DNA of 64,000 nt from Candidatus Bathyarchaeia archaeon (GTDB lineage: Archaea > Thermoproteota > Bathyarchaeia > Bathyarchaeales > Bathycorpusculaceae). The first letter of the stretch is position 1, and every line of letters starts with the position of its first letter. The notes beneath the pieces are model-generated. The model ran no database searches. It was not told the origin of the DNA and saw only the letters and a list, made by a program, of their open reading frames with translations. Positions 58,429-64,000 of the stretch are shown piece by piece. The stretch covers positions 22,604 through 86,603 of the forward strand of contig JBEKTQ010000013.1 of assembly GCA_049515895.1 (NCBI GenBank), read 5' to 3'. The position numbers and the translations under genes are program-made.

Positions 58429-59358
58429 ATGGAAGTCATAAATGTCCGTTTGCCCGACAATATTGTTTCAGACATCGACAAACTAGCCAGCAAGCATGGT
58501 CTAAGCCGATCAGAGGTCATGCGTCAAGCGTTAACTGTCTATTTGCATCTAGTAGACAATGTCGGCACAATGCTGCGCCCCATAGTTTTTCAAATAAAGC
58601 CTGCCCAACTAACTTACACGCGAAGAGGAGACGTTTCAATCGTTAAAGTTCCCACCGGTCATGCGATTGTTGCTGGTTCAACATCGTCAGGTGCAGTTGG
58701 CCCTAAAATAATGGATAAAGTTAAAGTTGATGGGAGCGTTCTCGGTAAGTTTCTGGCAAGAGTCGGCCTGATGGATGTTTTGGCGACTGGGGCATTCCCA
58801 ATTCTCTTGTCCGTCACATTAGGAGTTGAGAAAGACCCCACAGGCAACGACATATTGGAGGGCATTCGACGGGAAGCAAGAACAGTGGGCCTCGATCCAG
58901 ACCAGGTGCTCATGGAGAACACTGAAGACAACTTTGAAACCGTGCAGACTGGCGCCGGCTTAACCGTAATCGGGTTCGCAAATGAAGGTGAGTTAAGGTT
59001 AGGAAAAACAACCCCCGGCGACCTAATAGTTGCAATTGGCAAACCAAAGGTCGGTGACGAAGTGATTTTAGCCGAAGCGAAGGGCGAAATCGCAGACCTC
59101 AAAAACATAATGCAGCTCTCGCAGAAGAAATATGTTCACGACATTGCGGCCGTCGGCACCTTCGGCATCGCTGACGAAGCAAAAATGATTGCTTACGCAG
59201 TGGGCAGGCAACTTAAGCTTGCAGAAACGAAAGATTTGGACTTGACTAAGTCAGCCGGCCCGGCCTCGGTAGTCTTGGCCTCCGTCGAAAAAGATAGACT
59301 TGAAGATTTAACGTCGCTTATTCGCAAACCCATCAGCGTCGTGGGCGAAATCTTGTAG
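58429..59358 (+). CDS. Ribbon-helix-helix domain fused to an AIR-synthase-related (CblS alpha-ribazole kinase-like) domain
   Basis: INVRLP...IDKLA...SRSEVMRQAL RHH, then GAVGPK..D, ARVGLMDVLATGA, PTG, TEDNF..QTG and KSAGPA motifs. Confidence 0.8.
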   Translation: MEVINVRLPDNIVSDIDKLASKHGLSRSEVMRQALTVYLHLVDNVGTMLRPIVFQIKPAQLTYTRRGDVSIVKVPTGHAIVAGSTSSGAVGPKIMDKVKVDGSVLGKFLARVGLMDVLATGAFPILLSVTLGVEKDPTGNDILEGIRREARTVGLDPDQVLMENTEDNFETVQTGAGLTVIGFANEGELRLGKTTPGDLIVAIGKPKVGDEVILAEAKGEIADLKNIMQLSQKKYVHDIAAVGTFGIADEAKMIAYAVGRQLKLAETKDLDLTKSAGPASVVLASVEKDRLEDLTSLIRKPISVVGEIL

Positions 59359-59411
59359 AAAGACAAACCTGTGATGTCGCATAGATTGGGTTTGGCGACT
59401 AAATTCCGGCA

Positions 59412-59444
59412 AATTTGTTCTTTGCGTTTTGGGTTGCTTTTTTG
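59412..59444. repeat. 33-bp dispersed repeat, copy 2
   Basis: 32/33 identical to 3759-3791. Confidence 0.8.
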
Positions 59445-59470
59445 TGGAAAAGCTTAAATTATCTGCAGGT

Positions 59471-59707
59471 TGCGTCTCCTATAGTCTCCTAAAGTCTCCT
59501 ATCGTCCGCCATCGTCTGCCTAAGTCTCGCAAAGTCTCCTATCGTCCGCCATCGTCTGCCTAAGTCTCGCAAAGTCTCCTATCGTCCGCCATCGTCTGGT
59601 AAAGTCTCGCAAAGTCTCCTATCGTCCGCCATCGTCTGGTAAAGTCTCCTAAAGTCCTAACGTCAACAAAAGTCAACTAACGTCAGCCAACGTCAACTAA
59701 AGTCAAA
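59471..59707. repeat. Tandem array of 24 GTC-core decamers with a 40-bp higher-order repeat
   Basis: GTC recurs every 10 bp apart from one 8-bp step; the unit aaagtctcct-atcgtccgcc-atcgtctgNN-Waagtctcgc repeats about four times. Confidence 0.95.
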
Positions 59708-59808
59708 AGTTTGAGTGATTAAAAAACGGGAGAATCAAAATGCCCATAGCGGCAACGGTTACCTTTCGAAGCGTCTGCACCCAACGAAGTGCTTTGAGCA
59801 GAAACTGT

Positions 59809-60300
59809 TTATTTTATTGCCGATTTTCTCCTAACGAGTAAGTGTCCATTTCGATCTATTTCTCCGCTTCTAATTCGCGTGGTGGAAATGGAACCGCAGT
59901 TTTCTGCTGGAACCATGCGTACCGCTACAATTTTTAACGGTGAAAGCGAGGCTTTACATCGTATTTCATTTATTTTGTTCGCCGTCGATTCCGTTTCTTT
60001 GCTTACGACCAAGGCTTCCAAGCTTTGACCAGTTATGGTCAATCCGTAAGGGTCATTTAAAGGGACAATTTCTGCCCTGTCAGCCAAGCCTGATTTCTCC
60101 AAAAAAGCCTGAAGCTCCACTAATCTTTCGACATACGAGGCTGTTTCATGGGGTTTACCCATTTTTGAAACAAACTCATCAGAAGACAAACCGATCACCA
60201 CTTTTTCCCCGATCTCAAAAGCTTTGCTTAACAGCGATTCATGACCCATATGCAGTTCGTCGAACGTTCCGCCAACCGCCACCTTACTGAACTTTTTCAT
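59809..60300 (-). CDS. coaD: Phosphopantetheine adenylyltransferase (archaeal type)
   Basis: GGTFDELHMGH, VVSKET and ISTTRIRSGEID motifs. Confidence 0.92.
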   Translation of the reverse strand: MKKFSKVAVGGTFDELHMGHESLLSKAFEIGEKVVIGLSSDEFVSKMGKPHETASYVERLVELQAFLEKSGLADRAEIVPLNDPYGLTITGQSLEALVVSKETESTANKINEIRCKASLSPLKIVAVRMVPAENCGSISTTRIRSGEIDRNGHLLVRRKSAIK

Positions 60301-61250
60301 TCTATCAGCCTAGCACCCTGAAAATCGATTTTGCTTACAATCACTTTTTCAGAGGGCAAAACCTGCTTAAAAGCTTCCGCCACTCTTCCAGCGTTTTCCT
60401 CAAGCACCAATGCATGCACTGCTTCACCCAGCATGTTTTGTGCTGCACCCACCGCCCCAGCGTTCTTAGCCAACTTCACAAGTCGCCGAACACGTGGGGT
60501 CGCAAAGCCCGCATTCTCAGAAAACTCCCAGCACCTATCAAGAAAATTGCTTAAAGTGGGCTTAGCGAGGATTGCTTCCAAAGTTTTTTTGCCGTAGCGG
60601 TTGATTACTTGCTTCCTTTCAGGGTTATCCAACACCAATTTAGGCATGCGTGGTTCGAAAAAACCTGCTACAACCATGTAGTTTGGAGTGATTGGGATGC
60701 GGTCAAGTTGGCATATGCCCGGCGCTCCAGGTTCAACGACCAGTACGCAGCCGCCTGTAAACGTTAATGAACTCACTGCGCCCAAGCCTGTTCCGCATTG
60801 AATCTCTGAAATATGAGCTATCTTGCCGATTTGATTGTAGGTTAACGGCAAATCCAGCGCTTCCTTTAGTGCTAAGCCTGCTGTTAATGCGCCGCCAGCG
60901 CTGGTGCCAAAGCCCGTCCCGACAGGAACTTCAATTGAATGCTCAACTGTAACTTCATATTTTTCAGTAAACCCGAACAGTAGATTCTCAACCATTTTCC
61001 TCGTGGTTTTCGCTTCTACAGCAGGCTTGGAGTTGATGAAAACTTGAACGCTGGGGCTTTCTGCCTCTTTGACAATAACTTTTGTTAATACTCCCTTTTG
61101 AAGCCCAAATCCACCGCCTCTGGCGCCAACCTTCAGCAAATCCACAATGGGCTTGCCATCTTCCGTATCGTGGATTTCGAAGAAGCTGGAGATTGCTGCT
61201 GGTGCAAATGCCCTTGCAGTTTTGGTTTTGCCTTTAAGCGATTTTTTCAC
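60297..61250 (-). CDS. pok: Pantoate kinase (GHMP family)
   Basis: AFAPAAISSFF, PVGTGFGTSAG, AHISEI..GTGLG and AQNMLGE motifs; adjacent to coaD. Confidence 0.85.
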   Translation of the reverse strand: MKKSLKGKTKTARAFAPAAISSFFEIHDTEDGKPIVDLLKVGARGGGFGLQKGVLTKVIVKEAESPSVQVFINSKPAVEAKTTRKMVENLLFGFTEKYEVTVEHSIEVPVGTGFGTSAGGALTAGLALKEALDLPLTYNQIGKIAHISEIQCGTGLGAVSSLTFTGGCVLVVEPGAPGICQLDRIPITPNYMVVAGFFEPRMPKLVLDNPERKQVINRYGKKTLEAILAKPTLSNFLDRCWEFSENAGFATPRVRRLVKLAKNAGAVGAAQNMLGEAVHALVLEENAGRVAEAFKQVLPSEKVIVSKIDFQGARLIE

Positions 61251-62031
61251 CTTTCTGGCTATTCCGTTGTTTTTGGACGAGGCTGGGAAAAGCCTTGTAG
61301 CACGCCCTGATTACTGGGGGTCCAACAAGCAATATGAAAGGTAGTTCGGTTGCGAAGGTCCAGACAAACAGTGGAAGAACGTAAGCAATAGGGAGTGGCT
61401 TTCCAAAGTACGAAAGGAAAAGTGGGCTGACCGCCCATACTGTAGCTGAAAGCAAGGCAGCGCCTGCAGCTTGCGCCACAACAGACCCGACGGCGAAACT
61501 TCTCCATTCCTGCCAACGCAAAGAAACCACCGCAATGGCTACTAAACTCAATAATACTGTGAAAGAGAAGACGAGGATAAGCTCAAGGTCTGACAATCCA
61601 GTGAAAGATGCGATTTGAGGCAGAAAAATCACTGTGGGAATAACCAGCCCAATGGCGGCTACTGTCAAGCCTATCAGGGTCTTTTTCAGGTCCATATTTC
61701 GGTTTGCTAGGAAGCCGATTAAGAAGAATAATATGAAGTTGGGTGGAACACCAGCGGACAGGCTTAAGGCGGGAATTCCATGGACCAACATGTCTCTAAT
61801 GAAAATGCCAATTGCTCCGCCGATGCCACCAACCCATGGGCCGTATAACACTGCAAAGATTGCTGGTATAACAACCGCAGGCAAAAATCCGACGCCGAGA
61901 AATGTTACTCCAGCGGTCAAACGTCCCACAACGGCATAGAGGGCTGCGCATAACGCAATTATGGCAACATCAAAGGCTCTAAACTTTGGCATCAACATGG
62001 CTTCGTTTTTCCCAAGTTTACCCTTGTGCAA
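61234..62031 (-). CDS. ECF transporter S-component-like membrane protein
   Basis: AxxAALY helix 1 and PA...LYGPWVGGIGGAIG motif; co-transcribed with CoA genes. Confidence 0.78.
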   Translation of the reverse strand: MHKGKLGKNEAMLMPKFRAFDVAIIALCAALYAVVGRLTAGVTFLGVGFLPAVVIPAIFAVLYGPWVGGIGGAIGIFIRDMLVHGIPALSLSAGVPPNFILFFLIGFLANRNMDLKKTLIGLTVAAIGLVIPTVIFLPQIASFTGLSDLELILVFSFTVLLSLVAIAVVSLRWQEWRSFAVGSVVAQAAGAALLSATVWAVSPLFLSYFGKPLPIAYVLPLFVWTFATELPFILLVGPPVIRACYKAFPSLVQKQRNSQKGEKIA

Positions 62032-62334
62032 AGAAGGTTTTGTAGATAAGACTTTCCTATGAATTGTTTAAACAAGTTTAAACTTTCCATGCTTTTCACT
62101 GAACAATTGCAATTCCCCTATTTGCCTCTTTTTAACATCAGGAACCAAAAGCAAACTCTACAAAAAAAAGAAAAAAGGGACTGTAAAAGTTATTAGAAAT
62201 TCATAAAATCTAATTATTTCAAAATCAAATTATGATTTGAGGCATCAATATGAATAATGTTTTAACGGGTTCTAAAGCTGCCGACTTCCAAGCAGTTATT
62301 AACGCGCTTTCATAGCCTTTGAGGTGTACAATAC

Positions 62335-62547
62335 ATGAATGCAAAATGTCCCGAATGCGGATATGATTTCTCTAACAAAGAAGATTTCTTAAAGTATGCT
62401 GAAGTTGGAGAAACAATTCAATGCCCAGAATGTGGAACAGAACTAAAAGTAACTAAGGATAAACAACTCATTGTAGTGGATTTAGAAGGTGTAGATTGGG
62501 GGATAATAGAGCGCGAGCAAACTTACAATGTTAACAGAAATGTTTGA
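62335..62547 (+). CDS. lysW: LysW/ArgW-like amino-group carrier protein with aberrant C-terminus
   Basis: CPECG...EVGETIQCPECGTELKV...EGVDWG; reads through instead of ending in DWGE. Confidence 0.7.
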   Translation: MNAKCPECGYDFSNKEDFLKYAEVGETIQCPECGTELKVTKDKQLIVVDLEGVDWGIIEREQTYNVNRNV

Positions 62548-62689
62548 AAAGTCATAAAAATCCCATCAACCTAACTAAGCTTTCGTACTTGGTAACTTTT
62601 CGTTTTAAGTTTTTTATTACGCGGATTAGGTCACTGTCTCCCGGGACAGGGTTTTGTGTTAAGTTGAACCAAAAAAAGGGGGATCCCCG

Positions 62690-64000
62690 TTAGGGTGATC
62701 TCTTAGGGTTTTTCTTCTTAAATAGTGCTGCTGCGCTGGCGATTATCAATATTGAAAAAACGGCGACGAATGTTAACTCTGGGATTTTTGGTGTAGGTGT
62801 CGGAGTTGAAGTGACTGCTGGAGCTTTTGTTGGAGTGGCTGTAGGAGCTTTTGTTGGAGTGGTTGCTGGGGCTGCGGTGGGAGCTGCGGTTGGAGCTGCT
62901 GTGGGTGCTGCCGTTGGAGCTGGAGTGGGAGTTGGAGTGGGTGTTAGTGCAAACGTTGCGGTGATGGTGTGGGAAGCTTGGACGTTGCTGAATGTGTATG
63001 ATGACGCAACGGTCACCGAGGAACCATCGACCGTGCAAGAGGCAGTGTAGTAGCCAGTAACAGGCGTTATGGTGAAGGTCTGACTGCCGCCATAGTTGAC
63101 TGTGGTTGTTCCAGGAGCAATGACACCGTTAGCGCCCTGAGTAACCGTCAAAGTGTACGTGTTAATCGCGAAAGTTGCGGTGATGTTGTGTGAAGCCTGG
63201 ACGTTGCTGAACGCATAGGATGGCGCAACAGTTACTGAGGAACCATCAACTGTCAAAGAGGCAATGGAGTAACCGGCATTCGGAGTTATAGTGAAGGTCT
63301 GACTGCCCCCAGGGTTAACAGTTGTTGTTGCAGGAGCAATGACACCGTTAGCGCCCTGAGTAACCGTCAAAGTGTATGCGAAAGTTGCAGTAATCGTGCC
63401 GGGGCCGTTGACAGTTGCCGTCGTCGAACTGGAACTGGGGTTCGCAAAGGTTATGGAACCAGTGCTGCTTGACCACTGTGCGAATGGCGTGCTCGAAGTA
63501 GGTGTTGCGCTGATTGAAAGTGAGCCGGAATCTGTCCACGTGTTAGTTCCAGATGGGCTTGTCGTGCCATTGCCTGGCGGTGATACGGCAAAGGAAATTT
63601 GGTACTGAGTTTTCCAGTTGGCAGTTACGTTTTTTGGACCTATCATGCTGATGGCGCTGCTTTGTGCGTAGTTCGTTCCGCTGGCGTCTCCGCTCCAGTT
63701 TACGAAAACGTATTGGACGCCGGTGCCGCCGGAAACTGTTCCTGCGGTAAGATTGGCGTAAGCGGTTGAGCCGCTGTCGTACCATCCTGACCCGCTGGCT
63801 GTGCCGTATACGGAATTTATTATCAGGTTGAATTGTGTTTTGTATACGCCATTTATCGTTGTGACACCCGTGATGGTAATTGGTGAAGAAGCATTAACGC
63901 CTGTCAGGACATATTGTTCGCTGTTGGGAATTGGGGTCAGCGGGGTTGAGTACACGAAAGTTTGAATTGAGTTGGCGTCGGCCCAGAATTGCCCTCCTGC
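62690..64000 (-). CDS. Large surface protein, 3' part (beta-sandwich repeats, Pro/Thr/Ala linker, IPEL-TM-basic tail)
   Basis: The frame stays open to the window edge; two ~73-aa YTLTVTQGANGVIAP repeats and a PEF-CTERM-like sorting signal. Confidence 0.88.
   Translation of the reverse strand, partial: AGGQFWADANSIQTFVYSTPLTPIPNSEQYVLTGVNASSPITITGVTTINGVYKTQFNLIINSVYGTASGSGWYDSGSTAYANLTAGTVSGGTGVQYVFVNWSGDASGTNYAQSSAISMIGPKNVTANWKTQYQISFAVSPPGNGTTSPSGTNTWTDSGSLSISATPTSSTPFAQWSSSTGSITFANPSSSSTTATVNGPGTITATFAYTLTVTQGANGVIAPATTTVNPGGSQTFTITPNAGYSIASLTVDGSSVTVAPSYAFSNVQASHNITATFAINTYTLTVTQGANGVIAPGTTTVNYGGSQTFTITPVTGYYTASCTVDGSSVTVASSYTFSNVQASHTITATFALTPTPTPTPAPTAAPTAAPTAAPTAAPATTPTKAPTATPTKAPAVTSTPTPTPKIPELTFVAVFSILIIASAAALFKKKNPKRSP
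62948..63378 (-). repeat. Intragenic tandem duplication with a period of about 219 bp
   Basis: ggagcaatgacaccgttagcgccctgagtaaccgtcaaagtgta is present near 63113 and 63332. Confidence 0.85.

Noticed and set aside
59471-59707. CRISPR array
   Set aside because: The repeats are contiguous with no unique spacers, and no cas genes are present.

Overview
This 64-kb window is an archaeal chromosome segment. The gene content (eL15, eL13-like, RNase P subunits, archaeal CoA genes, CdvA-like protein, multi-intron tRNA) best fits Bathyarchaeia or a related TACK archaeon, which is an inference. From left to right it holds: a partial LeuA/homocitrate-synthase-family gene; the eL15-eL13-RNase P cluster; an accessory stretch; tRNA-Asn; a roughly 21-kb ion-homeostasis island (CorA, NRAMP plus MgtE-like cytosolic domain, kdpABC, APC permease, PiT/DUF47, five Lrp/AsnC-family genes); tRNA-Trp; ftsZ; ABC exporters; radical SAM genes; a CdvA-like gene; tRNA-Lys; a four-gene tubulin/FtsZ-like membrane module; CoA biosynthesis genes; a LysW-like gene; and a partial surface protein. 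Four signals stand out. (1) The tRNA-Trp has three introns and is followed by a free-standing LAGLIDADG endonuclease and a second, diverged 3' half of the same tRNA. (2) One module pairs an 895-aa tubulin-like GTPase carrying a long coiled-coil insert with a degenerate FtsZ-fold protein and two membrane proteins. (3) Five promoters share a TTATGAA-CAA-TTCATAA-type site exactly 5 nt upstream of a TATA box, and each is followed by an unannotated 32-45 aa ORF. (4) A non-coding array contains 24 GTC cores at about 10-bp spacing. All calls come from reading motifs by eye; no database searches were run.
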